A stretch of DNA of 48,493 nt from an uncultured Chthoniobacterales bacterium (GCA_964652295.1 CAZZCL010000005.1:1-48493); one strand, 5' to 3'. Counted from the first letter of the stretch, positions 8,239 through 18,185 are shown. Notes: generated by a model from the sequence alone, not told the origin. A program made the numbers and translations.

Positions 8239-9383
8239 CCCAAGTTGAACACTTTCAGAAGGCCGATGTGGCATTAATCGGGATTGGCGGGTTTTAAACG
8301 CCGTTTTGTGGCACTACATTTTGCAGGCTATTTGGAGCCAGCGGCAGTTCGAGGCCGAGGCGGGCGAGGAGTTCAGCGACCATTTTGTCCGGACGGGCCA
8401 CTACCCGCAGGCGAAGTTCCTGAGCTTCGCTCTGGGCGGTTGGCCGCGCCTTGAGCACCACGTCCATGCTGTGCACGGTGGCCACTTCTTTGAGCAACTG
8501 GCGGGCACAGTCGCCCAGCGCTTTACTTTTCATCCACATCTCCAAGGTGCGCCACAGTGCCAGCGTCAGGAAGCAAACAAGGATATGGGCATCGACCCGC
8601 TCGGCTTTTTGATGGAAGACCGGTCGCACTTGCAGGTCGCTTTTTCTGATACGAAAGCATTCCTCCGCCCGCGTGAGTTGGATATACCAGCGCCATAATT
8701 GTGCCGGATCTCGTTCCGTGCAGTTGGTCCGCAGCAAATACGCACCGTGGGCAAGCTCGGCCCAACCCACTCGCCCCGGCTTCTCCTCGATCTGTAATCC
8801 ACACGCACGGCCTTTGTCATCTCGCTCAATACTGACAACGAGAAGTTTTTCGGCTCCGGGATAGTGCCCCAGCCAGCGACCAATGCGCCGCTCGATTTTG
8901 CCTGCATCTTGGACAGGCCGTTTGCGCAGGGATGCGTCGGTCTTTTGCAAACGCGCAAGCAAACGCTGACGCTGTTGTTCGAGAATGGCGGCTTCTTTCT
9001 CTCGTCGGTCGCTGGAACGACACAGCACGTACGTTCGTTGCCTTTACCATCGGGATGCTCGACTAGTTTGACTTCCACTCCGGGCTGAACTTGCGACCAA
9101 TCACTTTCTTCGAGCAGCTGCGCTTGGAAGCCTTTGAGTTGTTGCTTGGGCGTGCCCACGATGTATCGCGCCTTGAGCGACCAACACTCATAATCCTCCC
9201 CGTTGCGAGTGCGGCGATTGCGTCGAAGGAACATGCCGCATCATCCACCCTCATTCCCGCATCTGATAATAGGCTCTGGTTCACTACATGCCATTTAGGC
9301 CACCTGACCATGATAAAACCTAGCTTGGCGGCCGATAAACGGGCGAAATTCGCTTCAGAATGGCCCAAAGTGTTCAACTTGGG
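8239..9383 (-). mobile_element. Internally deleted IS1634-family insertion sequence (1145 bp)
   Basis: Perfect 17-bp terminal inverted repeats CCCAAGTTGAACACTTT at 8239-8255 and 9367-9383. Flanks differ (..TTTAA / CTAGC..), so there is no target duplication. Confidence 0.85.
8294..9234 (-). pseudogene. IS1634 transposase pseudogene (internal deletion plus frameshift)
   Basis: N-terminus MFLRRNRRTRNGEDYECWSL is joined directly to RYIVGTPK (junction ~9174); one base is missing near 9032; C-terminal motifs GAYLLRTN, YIQLTRAEECFR..KSDLQVRPVFHQ, AHILVCFL. Confidence 0.85.
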
Positions 9384-9519
9384 CTAGCAGCCGGTCAAAC
9401 GACACCTGTCGGCGCAGGCGTTGGAGATCGATACCTTCGGCGTCTGCGAGCGATTTCAGCCATACCTCCAGGGCGATCCGGAATGCGGCAGCCGTCGCGT
9501 AGCGGTGTGGCGGCTTCAT
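9384..9519 (-). pseudogene. abiEii: AbiEii toxin, N-terminal fragment
   Basis: ATG overlaps the abiEi stop (ATGA 9516-9519); reads MKPPHRYATAAAFRIALEVWLKSLADAEGIDLQRLRRQVSFDRLL and is then cut by the IS1634 IR. Confidence 0.75.
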
Positions 9520-10115
9520 CGCCTGCCCCGTTTTCCACGCTTGAGCCAGGCTGGCAGTTTGTTACTCTGCGTTTCCCTTGCCGTGATCAACCCGCGATTT
9601 CTCGCCTCATCGAAAGCCTGTTGCAGAAGATCTTGTGACAGCCCTCCCGTGGCAACCAGATCTAGAATCGCCCTCATCGGGCGGGTGACTCGGAAGCCTT
9701 CCCTTTCCTCCACGTCAGCCAGTGCAAGGTCGGCGTGGTGCAGGACGAGAATTGCAGGAATCTCCGCCCCTCTGCGGAACTTTGCCGGAACCGTCATATG
9801 CAGTTTGGCTGGCATGTTGTCAGAAAGGTCAAATATCCGGAGCGCCGTTTCGTGGGAATAGACCCCTTGGGGAGCATCATCACGACCCCGCGACCAAAGC
9901 GACCAAAGAATGAGATCGGAATCCGGCGAAAGCGGATACTGTTTAAGGCGGTAGATGCCGCGATACTCGCGCATCCATTTTCCGGTGCGAACATGGTAGG
10001 CGTGATTGGTCCGGTCAAACCCGGCCGCCTCCGCCTGCTTCGCTGTAAAAAAGCCCTCTTGGGCTTCCGCAACCGCGAAAAGCCGGGCCTGACTTTCTTG
10101 AAACGACCGCTTCAT
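9516..10115 (-). CDS. abiEi: AbiEi type IV toxin-antitoxin antitoxin / transcriptional regulator
   Basis: AEAQEGFFTAKQA...RGIYRL N-terminal wHTH; YSHETAL...LHMTVP and VTRPMRAILD C-terminal motifs; coupled to the abiEii start. Confidence 0.85.
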   Translation of the reverse strand: MKRSFQESQARLFAVAEAQEGFFTAKQAEAAGFDRTNHAYHVRTGKWMREYRGIYRLKQYPLSPDSDLILWSLWSRGRDDAPQGVYSHETALRIFDLSDNMPAKLHMTVPAKFRRGAEIPAILVLHHADLALADVEEREGFRVTRPMRAILDLVATGGLSQDLLQQAFDEARNRGLITARETQSNKLPAWLKRGKRGRR

Positions 10116-10154
10116 GCAACAGCATCCGTATCGGAATACGTAGCTCAGATCAAT

Positions 10155-10183
10155 ATAAACAGCGTATCATTTACGCTATTTAT
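10155..10183. promoter_or_regulatory. Inverted repeat upstream of abiEi; candidate AbiEi operator
   Basis: ATAAACAGCGTA-tcatt-TACGCTATTTAT (11/12 complementary) in the AT-rich region 40-68 bp upstream of abiEi. Confidence 0.5.
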
Positions 10184-10275
10184 TCAGAATCACGATCATC
10201 CGGGTTGCCTTCCGGCGCTCGCTGCTCCCGCTCTCTCAATTTCAAGGCCATGCCCTACGAGCCTGGCTGGCTCTA

Positions 10276-10401
10276 CGAGGGCCACCCGTCCGGGGCGCAG
10301 GTCGCGCCTGGCAGCGTCTCCCAGAGCGTTCCATCGCCGAACTCAAGCATGGGAAGGAAGTGCCGGCGCAGCTCGGAAATCCCCAGAGCACCGGGCTGGT
10401 A
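10276..10401 (-). pseudogene. Short remnant of a GH78 alpha-L-rhamnosidase C-terminal region
   Basis: Minus strand ISELRRHFLPMLEFGDGTLWETLPG...GWPS* parallels MRKLWGGMLDRGATTAWEMFEG...PTRS in the intact GH78 of this window. Confidence 0.4.
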
Positions 10402-10511
10402 ACTTTGCCACCGGTGCAGTGAAGCCAGCAGTCAGCGTCCCTGAGCCAAAACGGGCCTTATGGACACGAGGCCCACATTCCCTTCGATTCGAAAAGCTTG
10501 ACACTCCGTGT

Positions 10512-11581
10512 TCATTTTGATGGTGCGGGGCCGGTGCTGTCGCGCACGAGCAATTCTCCGCCTCGGACCGTGCGTGGTTGCAGGTGATCGCCCGAGTTTT
10601 CCTGGATTCTCTGGTGGACGATGGATACGGCTTCCTCGCCGATGGTTTCGTAGGGCAGGCTGATGACGGTGAGAGCGGGGTTGGAGTAGGCGCAAAAGCG
10701 GGAGTCATCGAACGAGAGCACGGAGATATTCTCCGGGATCCGAAGCCCGCGCATGGTCAACTGATGGATGGTGGCGATGCCTTCCTCATCGCTCATGGGC
10801 ATGAATGCCGTGGGAGCCTGCGGTCGACCGAGCAGGGCATGAACCGCCCGGGCGGCAAAGTCGAAGGGATCAATGGGCGGCACCCCGCACTCCGCCTGAG
10901 ACATGATTTGGCAGTCGCGGTCGGGTCGGCCAGCAGCTTTCATGGCGCGGAGGTAACCAGCCCGGCGCTCGGGACCGAGATCGAAACCTGAGAGACTGTC
11001 GAGGAACGCAATCCGCTGGTGTCCGTGTTGGAGGAGGTGCTGGGTGGCTCTTTCCGCCATTCCGGATGCATCGCCAAGAATGGTCCACGGACGCGCTTCG
11101 GGGGGGCAGTCATTATGCAGCAGTAGGGGAAATTCTGCTGGTTGAGGGAGTCAAAATAGCCGCTGCGGCGGCTGGCATTCAAGAAAACGGCACCGTTGGC
11201 ACCCCGGCGACCGAGAACACGCACAAGGTTGCAGAATTCGAGCCGATCGAGTTCCTCCCCGAAAAGTGACAATTCTATTTCGTTGGTGCTGCAATATCGC
11301 CAAACGCCGTCAAGCAGGGAGTCAACATAGGCAGAGAAGAGGCTTCGTTGTTTCGGTCGCGTTTCGATCACCACGCAAATGTTGGTTAGACGGGTTTCGA
11401 AATTTCGAAGCTTGAACCCCAACTCCTCCGCCCGCTTGCGAATGGAAGAGCGGGTAGCAATCCCGATCTCCGGGCGGTTGCGCAGTGCTCGGCTGACCGT
11501 TCCGGGCGTGACATCGAGCTCCTTTGCCAGCGTGTAGATCGAAATTGGCTGCTTTTGGCGCACAGCGCGTTTCTTGGACAT
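10512..11581 (-). pseudogene. LacI-family transcriptional regulator, frameshifted in a C7 tract
   Basis: HTH SIYTLAKELDVTPGTVSRALRNRPEIG in one frame; sugar-binding half (ATQHLLQHGHQRIAF, RIPENISVLSFDD, PALTVI, LLVRDST) in another. The switch is at the G7 run 11100-11106; G8 would restore the frame. Confidence 0.85.
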
Positions 11582-11623
11582 AACGCTTTCATCATCGATC
11601 TCGATGGTGGAGATTGCAATCCG

Positions 11624-11651
11624 AATGTTGCATACAGTCGCATGCAACATT
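11624..11651. promoter_or_regulatory. Perfect 10-bp inverted repeat upstream of lacI; candidate operator or hairpin
   Basis: AATGTTGCAT-acagtcgc-ATGCAACATT between the GH78 stop and the lacI start; no U-tract follows. Confidence 0.45.
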
Positions 11652-11676
11652 TCGATCCTGCGATCCAGTGAGGCTG

Positions 11677-14439
11677 TTACCCAGAAATCGGGCGGAGCAA
11701 CTCGATGCCTTCGGGAAGCTTGGTCTCAAGGATCAGCTTGCCGGATCGGGATTTCTCCCAGCGGATGCGGAGGGCTCCATGCGGAGTGGGGATGGTGCCT
11801 TCGGCCCATTGCAAATCGCCCGGGAGGGGTTGAATCATAGCACGGGTCCAACCGGGTTCGGCTGGGCGGGCTCCGAGAATATAGGCCGGGAGGAGCCATG
11901 CGGGCCCGGCGGACCATGCATGGCACCAGGAGCGGGTTGGGAGACTGGGGCGATGCCGTCCTTCAAACATTTCCCACGCTGTCGTGGCACCCCGGTCCAG
12001 CATGCCTCCCCATAATTTCCGCATGGTGCCCAGCACGGAATCGGCATCTCCTGTTTCCAAGGCAAAGCGTGCACCAAGCGCCCACATCCATGGGGTTCCG
12101 GTTGGCAGCCACGAGGAGGGAGGATCGATGACTTTGCGGGACGCCACCCGCGCTGATCGCCCCGGAAACAGATTGGCCAGGAGTGCACAAATTTGTGTGG
12201 AAGCCGTGATGGTTGGCGACGTCCGGGCATCGGTTCGGGTTTCGGAGAAAGCGCCAGCATCCGGATTCCAAAAACACTTTCGGGTCGCGCGGGCGAGCCG
12301 CAAGGCAAGCGAGCTCCACCTCTTTGCTTTCGCAGGGAGCCCGAGGGCATCCGCGATTTGTGCGGTGGCATGGAAGGAGGCTATCGCCAGGGCGTTTTCG
12401 CTGGCGTAGATTCGGCTTGTGGAGGATATGTGGTCGTCCTCGCAACCGTTCCAGTCAAGGAAGTGCCAGACGTTTTCGTCTAGTGCGAAGAGCCCTTCAC
12501 GATTGAGACTCTGCTCGACAAATCCGGACTGCTTTTCCATTGAGGGAAGCATTTCACGGGCAAACTCGAGGTCGCCATGGAACCGGAAGTGATCCCGCAC
12601 TCCTAGAGCCCAGAGGAAGCTCCAGTTGGGGATCAATCGGTTTTCCCATGCGCTGGGCACCTGGGAGTTGACCAGCGGGGTCCGCTCCAAGGACTGTGCG
12701 GCCAGCCGCAGGCATCTTTCCGGCAGGAGTCGCTCTCCTTGCACGTAGTTGTGAACCGGCACCGCCATGCTGGCGGCATCCCCCACCCAAAGCGCCTGCT
12801 CATACGGTGCATCGACGAAGGTGTCCATCGAGCACATCCGGAGGGTGTGGGTGCAGAGTTCGTAGATCTGGTTGATCCGGGTGTCCGAGCAGCGGAAGAA
12901 ACCGAGAGGTCGCAAGGGATAGGTGGAGACACGAATGCGCGCAGAGAGGATCTTTGCCGGACGGCCAGCGGGCTTGACATCCAGCACGAGAAATCGGAGT
13001 CCCCGCGGTTGCAGGGAGGTGAACGTTTGCCGGCCTTCGCGGCAACGGTAGCGGAAGCTGTTGTTGGCCAGTTCCGTGAATTGAACCTGCCCGTCCATCA
13101 TCCCCTCGATGCCAGCGCCTTCCAGGAGCGTGTCCTTTCCCGCATCGAGATCGATCTCGACGAAACCATTGGTCATCCGGCCGAAGTCCAGAATGAAGCG
13201 TTGGGAGAGCTTCGAGGACCGCGCCATCTCGACCTCCATGGGAAGTTGAATGGGCACTGCCGTTCCCGATTGCAGCGATGTCCGGCACGTCACCGCCATG
13301 TAGGTGTCGTGCTTGGGAACGGCCCCCGATGGCAGCTCCGATGGTGCCACGACTTCCGTTGGATTTCGTCGGCTCTTGCGTTTTTCGGCTTTTTCTTCAC
13401 TTCCCGGTTGGAACAACCAAAGGTCTTTACTGTCAGCCCGGGGACGAACCTGTTTGATGCCCGGGATCCCGCCGATTGCGATTCCCAGATCGAGGTCGTG
13501 GGCTATTCCGTTCCAGTCCACAAGCAATTCGTGATCACCTTGCTTCACCGATACCTCGGCTTGAAGATCGAAGGTGTCCTGCTTGAAGCTGAGTGGTTTG
13601 CCATCCAGGCGCATTGAAATGGGGCCGCTATACATGGCTCCGTATTTGATCCAAATGGTTGCGTCCCGAGGCACGTGCAAGGCCGTGAGAAACGTGCCCT
13701 GCACCTTGATGACATTGGCGGAGAGGTTCTCCGGTGCAAGCACCAAGCCTGCACGCAGCGCAGTGATCAGAGGAGCGTCACGAAATATTCCTGCATGGGT
13801 TGCCGTGACACACTCCCATGGTTTATCGGTGAGAGGGGGAATGGTGCGCGGATTGAGCTGGCCCCATGGTTCGCAGCCCGCCGGGCCGATGGCAGATGCC
13901 GGAGACCATCCTCTTTCCTGCTCGGTGGCTTCAATAGCGCAGGCCTGTTCCTCGAACGGCAATTGACAGGCAATGCGCGGCGTAACGGCTTCGTATTCGG
14001 GTGAGCGGCGGCCTTCCCAAGTGCTGTCTGTCGCTGCCAATGTGGTGGCCCCTGCCTGAACTTCCAAGATCAGCCCCGCCCGACTCACAAACGATTGGAA
14101 GTTTCCTTCCCCCCAGTGTTGGACAATCACTCGCAGTGTGTTTTTGCCACGGCGCAGGAACTCGCGGACATCGTGCAGATCAAACTCGTAGTGGTTGGGA
14201 AAATTCCGGGGCGGTCCGTGGCCGATGCGCGTGCCATTCAGCCAGAGGACATATCGTGAGTCCGCGCTGATCAGCACCCGTGCATTCTTCGGCATCCGCT
14301 TGAGGTCGAAGCTGCGGCGGAATTCCGCGATGGCATTTCGCGGGCACGGTTCCGCATCCAGCCAGATCCAATTCGCATTGCGAAATCCGAGAAGGGCAGG
14401 CGCACCCTTCCGGATTTTTGCTGCAATGGCACAGGTCAT
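11677..14439 (-). CDS. Alpha-L-rhamnosidase, GH78 (no signal peptide)
   Basis: ISADSRYVLWLNG N-domain, ILDFGR, DTFVDAPYEQALWVGD, WHFLDW, GATTAWE, RSWCHAWSAGP, GTIPTPHG. Confidence 0.9.
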   Translation of the reverse strand: MTCAIAAKIRKGAPALLGFRNANWIWLDAEPCPRNAIAEFRRSFDLKRMPKNARVLISADSRYVLWLNGTRIGHGPPRNFPNHYEFDLHDVREFLRRGKNTLRVIVQHWGEGNFQSFVSRAGLILEVQAGATTLAATDSTWEGRRSPEYEAVTPRIACQLPFEEQACAIEATEQERGWSPASAIGPAGCEPWGQLNPRTIPPLTDKPWECVTATHAGIFRDAPLITALRAGLVLAPENLSANVIKVQGTFLTALHVPRDATIWIKYGAMYSGPISMRLDGKPLSFKQDTFDLQAEVSVKQGDHELLVDWNGIAHDLDLGIAIGGIPGIKQVRPRADSKDLWLFQPGSEEKAEKRKSRRNPTEVVAPSELPSGAVPKHDTYMAVTCRTSLQSGTAVPIQLPMEVEMARSSKLSQRFILDFGRMTNGFVEIDLDAGKDTLLEGAGIEGMMDGQVQFTELANNSFRYRCREGRQTFTSLQPRGLRFLVLDVKPAGRPAKILSARIRVSTYPLRPLGFFRCSDTRINQIYELCTHTLRMCSMDTFVDAPYEQALWVGDAASMAVPVHNYVQGERLLPERCLRLAAQSLERTPLVNSQVPSAWENRLIPNWSFLWALGVRDHFRFHGDLEFAREMLPSMEKQSGFVEQSLNREGLFALDENVWHFLDWNGCEDDHISSTSRIYASENALAIASFHATAQIADALGLPAKAKRWSSLALRLARATRKCFWNPDAGAFSETRTDARTSPTITASTQICALLANLFPGRSARVASRKVIDPPSSWLPTGTPWMWALGARFALETGDADSVLGTMRKLWGGMLDRGATTAWEMFEGRHRPSLPTRSWCHAWSAGPAWLLPAYILGARPAEPGWTRAMIQPLPGDLQWAEGTIPTPHGALRIRWEKSRSGKLILETKLPEGIELLRPISG

Positions 14440-14566
14440 CGGCAGGGTAGGAGGAGTTGGTTGACGAGGTTGAAGTCCATATTTAGGATGTCTTGGGAAA
14501 TGGGGAACGGGGCGTTGTCACTCTTCCCACAGTGGAAAAATTCTGCCTCCATCGCAAATCTTTCTG

Positions 14567-14593
14567 TGCGCAAAGAGCATGTGTTATTACGCA
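14567..14593. promoter_or_regulatory. Bipartite operator copy 1 (TGCGCA-N15-TACGCA)
   Basis: Between the divergent GH78 and MFS genes; same 21-bp-period motif as at five other intergenic sites. Confidence 0.65.
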
Positions 14594-14640
14594 GCTTAAC
14601 GATTGTGACACGCTCAGGAACAACTTAATCTTTCCAATTC

Positions 14641-16077
14641 ATGCGTCCCCCTCCAAAACTTCTTGAACGTCTCGCTTACTCGATGGGCGGCGTTGCCAAC
14701 AACTACATGAGCAACGTGCTGCCGATGCTTGCGTTGCCGATATTCAGTATTGGCCTTGGAGTGGAAGCATGGAAGGTTGGTTTGGCGCTTGCTGTTCCAA
14801 GGCTTTGGGATGCGATCACCGATCCGATTATTGGACATCTGAGCGACTCCTGCAAATCCCGTCTGGGACGGCGGCGACCCTTTATTTTTGCCGGGGCGAT
14901 TGCCGCATTTGCCACCTATTCGCTGCTCTGGGTGCCCTCGCCCTCGTGGGGACCGGATGCGATTTTCTGGTGGTTTTTGGTCACCAGCTTTCTTTATTAC
15001 ACGGCCACCACTGTTTTTGCGATCCCCTACATTGCCATTGGCTATGAGATCGCAGCCGACAGCGTCGAACGAGCGAAGTTGATGACGTTCCGCTCCGTTG
15101 TCAGCTCCGTTTTCGGTCTCGGCATGCCGTGGATTTATGCGATGTGCTTTTGGAACTGGCAGGCGATCACGGGCGAAGGCTCTTGGGCATCGCGCTTGGC
15201 GTCGCTGGTCGTGCAGCGAGACGGAGCGCAACTGGAACCGCCGGGCTACCAGATCGTCGGAGTCGCGCTTGGGGTATTCATGGGGCTGGCCGGAATCTGC
15301 ACATTTTTCTGTAAGGAGAATCCCACAGCCGTGCCGACGCAGCGGAATCGCTTTTTTCACTCCTTCGGATTGGCACTTCGCAACCGTCCATTCATTTTCC
15401 TCATTGGGACGCTGATCTTCACCATGTTTGGCATCTTTCTCGTCATGCCCATGGCAACCTATGTGAATATCTACCACATCTTTGGAGGTGACCAACCGAG
15501 GGCGGCCACCGTGCTTGCGCAGGTTGGCACGGTGCAGGCTCTGGCCGGAATCGCGCTGGTGCCCGTGGCAGGCTTTTTAATTGCGCGGTTCGGTGCGGCG
15601 CGACTCATGAAGTTCTTTTTGGCGATCACCGCGCTAAGCTTCGCGATCAAATACTGGACCTACACCCCTGAGAATCCCTGGCTGCAGGTGATCCCGCTGA
15701 TCCTCTGGGCCTTCAGTTGGGCTGGTGTGATGCTGGCGTTCAACGTGATGCTCGGGGATGTCTGCGATCTTGATGATCTCAACACCGGCGAGCGACGTGA
15801 GGGAATCTACGGTGCGATCAATCAATTCCTCACCAAGCTGGTGATTGCGCTGTCCACCGCTCTCAGTGGTGTTCTTTTGAGCTGGTCCGGCATCGTCGCC
15901 GGAGCTGCCCAGCAAACCCCGGAGGCCGTCTGGTGGCTGAGGATTGAATTTTCGATTTTGCCTTTTCTGATTGCGCTCATTGGAGGAGCGGCATTCATCT
16001 TCTACCCGCTCAGCGACCGCAAGGCCAACGAGGTTCGGGCGAAGTTGCTGCAAAAGAAGGGTGAGGTTTCGGCATGA
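14641..16077 (+). CDS. MFS glycoside-pentoside-hexuronide (GPH) sugar:cation symporter
   Basis: RLWDAITDPIIGHLSD...RLGRRRPF, IPYIAIGYEI...ERAKL, DVCDLDDLNTGERREGIY; ~12 hydrophobic segments. Confidence 0.9.
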   Translation: MRPPPKLLERLAYSMGGVANNYMSNVLPMLALPIFSIGLGVEAWKVGLALAVPRLWDAITDPIIGHLSDSCKSRLGRRRPFIFAGAIAAFATYSLLWVPSPSWGPDAIFWWFLVTSFLYYTATTVFAIPYIAIGYEIAADSVERAKLMTFRSVVSSVFGLGMPWIYAMCFWNWQAITGEGSWASRLASLVVQRDGAQLEPPGYQIVGVALGVFMGLAGICTFFCKENPTAVPTQRNRFFHSFGLALRNRPFIFLIGTLIFTMFGIFLVMPMATYVNIYHIFGGDQPRAATVLAQVGTVQALAGIALVPVAGFLIARFGAARLMKFFLAITALSFAIKYWTYTPENPWLQVIPLILWAFSWAGVMLAFNVMLGDVCDLDDLNTGERREGIYGAINQFLTKLVIALSTALSGVLLSWSGIVAGAAQQTPEAVWWLRIEFSILPFLIALIGGAAFIFYPLSDRKANEVRAKLLQKKGEVSA

Positions 16078-18185
16078 GTCAGTTTGCTTTTCAGGATACC
16101 AGCCGGGAGGAGGAAGATCGGGTCCGGGATCTGATTGGACGGCTTTCGCTGCTCGAGAAATGCTCCCAGCTTCGTTATGACGCGCCAGCCATTGATCGCC
16201 TGGGCATCCCGGCTTACAATTGGTGGAACGAGGCGCTGCACGGCGTGGCGAGGAACGGACGTGCCACGGTTTTCCCGCAGGCCATCGGCATGGCTGCCAC
16301 ATGGAATGTGGATCTGGTCAGGGAGCTGGCCTCGGCGATTTCGGATGAAGCCCGGGCCAAGCACCATGAGGCCGTCCGTCAGGGCAGCCGGCAGCAATAC
16401 CAAGGGCTGACTTTTTGGACACCCAATATCAACATTTTCCGCGACCCAAGATGGGGACGTGGTCAGGAAACATGGGGTGAGGATCCGAGACTGACTGCCG
16501 AGCTGGGAGCCGCCTTTGTGCGGGGCTTGCAGGGTGAAGATCCGCGCTATTTGAAAGCCGCGGCCTGTGCCAAACATTTCGCGGTGCACAGCGGGCCGGA
16601 GGCGCTGCGCCATGAGTTCAATGTGGATCCGACGACCCGCGACCTTTGGGAGACGTATCTTCCGGCATTTCAGCGACTGTGCGAGGAGGGCGTCGAGTCG
16701 TTCATGGGTGCCTACAACGCCGTGTATGGCGAGCCCTGCTGCGGTAGCAAGTTCCTACTCAGCGAGGTGCTGCGCGGACGCTGGGGATTTCGAGGTCATG
16801 TGGTTTCCGATTGTTGGGCGATCCGGGATTTCCATCTCGGGCACAAGGTGACGAAATCGCCGGAGGAATCGGCAGCCCTCGCGCTTAAGAATGGCTGTGA
16901 TCTGAACTGCGGTGACGAATACTGCCATGCTCTGGAGGGGGCGGCCCTGCTTGGTTTGGTCAGCGAGGAGGACCTCGACCGGGCCCTCGTCCGGCTCTTC
17001 CGCACGCGGTTCCGGCTCGGGCTTTTTGATCCGGAGGAGAACGTGCCTCACGCCGCCATTCCGCTCGCGGTGGTGGGTTGCGATGCGCACCGCCGATTGG
17101 CCTTCGATGCAGCAGTTCAGTCCATCGTTCTGCTGCAGAATCGCAACGAGTGTCTGCCGCTCGGGGAGGACTGCCGCAGCATCCTCCTCACCGGTCCTTT
17201 GGCGACCAGCGTGGAGGCGATGTTGGGAAATTACTCCGCGCTCAATGGTGCCATCAGCACGCCATTGGAGGGCCTCGCGGGGCGCATTGCTGAAGGGGTG
17301 CGGCTCGATTACCGCAAGGGCTGTCTGCTCGACCGTCCGCGACCGAACCCGTCGAACTGGGCGGCGTTTGAAGCCGTAAAATGCGATGCGGTCATCTGCT
17401 GCCTCGGCCTCACACCCGACCTCGAAGGCGAGGAAGGGGATGCCATCGAAAGCTTTCACAAAGGCGACCGCGAATCCATTGAGCTTCCAGAGAGCCAGCG
17501 CACTTTCTTTCTCGAATTGGCCGGGGCGATCCGCGAGGCGGGAGGCACGACGCGACTGGTGGTCGTGCTCTTTGGCGGGGCGGCTTTTGCCATTCCGGAG
17601 TTGGTCGAACACGCCGATGCCATTCTGCATGCATGGTATCCCGGCGAATCAGGAGGGGAGGCTGTGGCGGCAGTGCTGCTGGGACAGGCGGGGCCAGGCG
17701 GACGCCTCCCGGTTTCTTTTCCCCGCAGCACGGATTGTCTCCCCCCCTACGAGGACTATTCGATGCAAGGGCGCACCTATCGCTTCATGGCACCGGACGA
17801 TGTCCTGTTTCCGTTTGGTTACGGGCTCGGCTACACCACATTTTCATGGTCAGAGGCCACGAGCGAAAAGCTTGGGAGTTCATGGCAAGTAACGTGGGAC
17901 ATCCAGAACACCGGCTCCCGCGACGGAGTCGAGGTTGTGCAGTGCTACCATTTTACGCCCGACTCAAGCATCCCGCGTCTGATTGCTTTCCAAAGAATCG
18001 ACTTGGCGGCTGAGGAGGTCCAAACCGTCCAATTTCCTATCCCGGAGGCCCAACTCACCACAGTGCAGGATGACGGCTCCAACAACCTACTATCCGGCGA
18101 GCATCGCATCGTCTTTACCACCCATGCGCCGTGGATCCAAACACCCGACAATCAAAACGTTGTCTCCATTGTGATTTCCCCGTGA
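16074..18185 (+). CDS. GH3 beta-xylosidase/beta-glucosidase (no signal peptide)
   Basis: WWNEALHGVAR, WTPNINIFRDPRWGRGQETWGEDP, CAKHFAVHSGPE, HVVSDCWAI (nucleophile Asp), FPFGYGLGYT, C-terminal Fn3-like domain. Confidence 0.93.
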   Translation: MSQFAFQDTSREEEDRVRDLIGRLSLLEKCSQLRYDAPAIDRLGIPAYNWWNEALHGVARNGRATVFPQAIGMAATWNVDLVRELASAISDEARAKHHEAVRQGSRQQYQGLTFWTPNINIFRDPRWGRGQETWGEDPRLTAELGAAFVRGLQGEDPRYLKAAACAKHFAVHSGPEALRHEFNVDPTTRDLWETYLPAFQRLCEEGVESFMGAYNAVYGEPCCGSKFLLSEVLRGRWGFRGHVVSDCWAIRDFHLGHKVTKSPEESAALALKNGCDLNCGDEYCHALEGAALLGLVSEEDLDRALVRLFRTRFRLGLFDPEENVPHAAIPLAVVGCDAHRRLAFDAAVQSIVLLQNRNECLPLGEDCRSILLTGPLATSVEAMLGNYSALNGAISTPLEGLAGRIAEGVRLDYRKGCLLDRPRPNPSNWAAFEAVKCDAVICCLGLTPDLEGEEGDAIESFHKGDRESIELPESQRTFFLELAGAIREAGGTTRLVVVLFGGAAFAIPELVEHADAILHAWYPGESGGEAVAAVLLGQAGPGGRLPVSFPRSTDCLPPYEDYSMQGRTYRFMAPDDVLFPFGYGLGYTTFSWSEATSEKLGSSWQVTWDIQNTGSRDGVEVVQCYHFTPDSSIPRLIAFQRIDLAAEEVQTVQFPIPEAQLTTVQDDGSNNLLSGEHRIVFTTHAPWIQTPDNQNVVSIVISP

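Noticed and set aside
421-10502. GATTCGAAAA at 421 and 10486, and GTCAAGCTTT at 432 with its reverse complement at 10493, as island boundaries
   Set aside because: Only 10-bp matches in mixed orientation and unrelated to the tRNA core; chance is a sufficient explanation.
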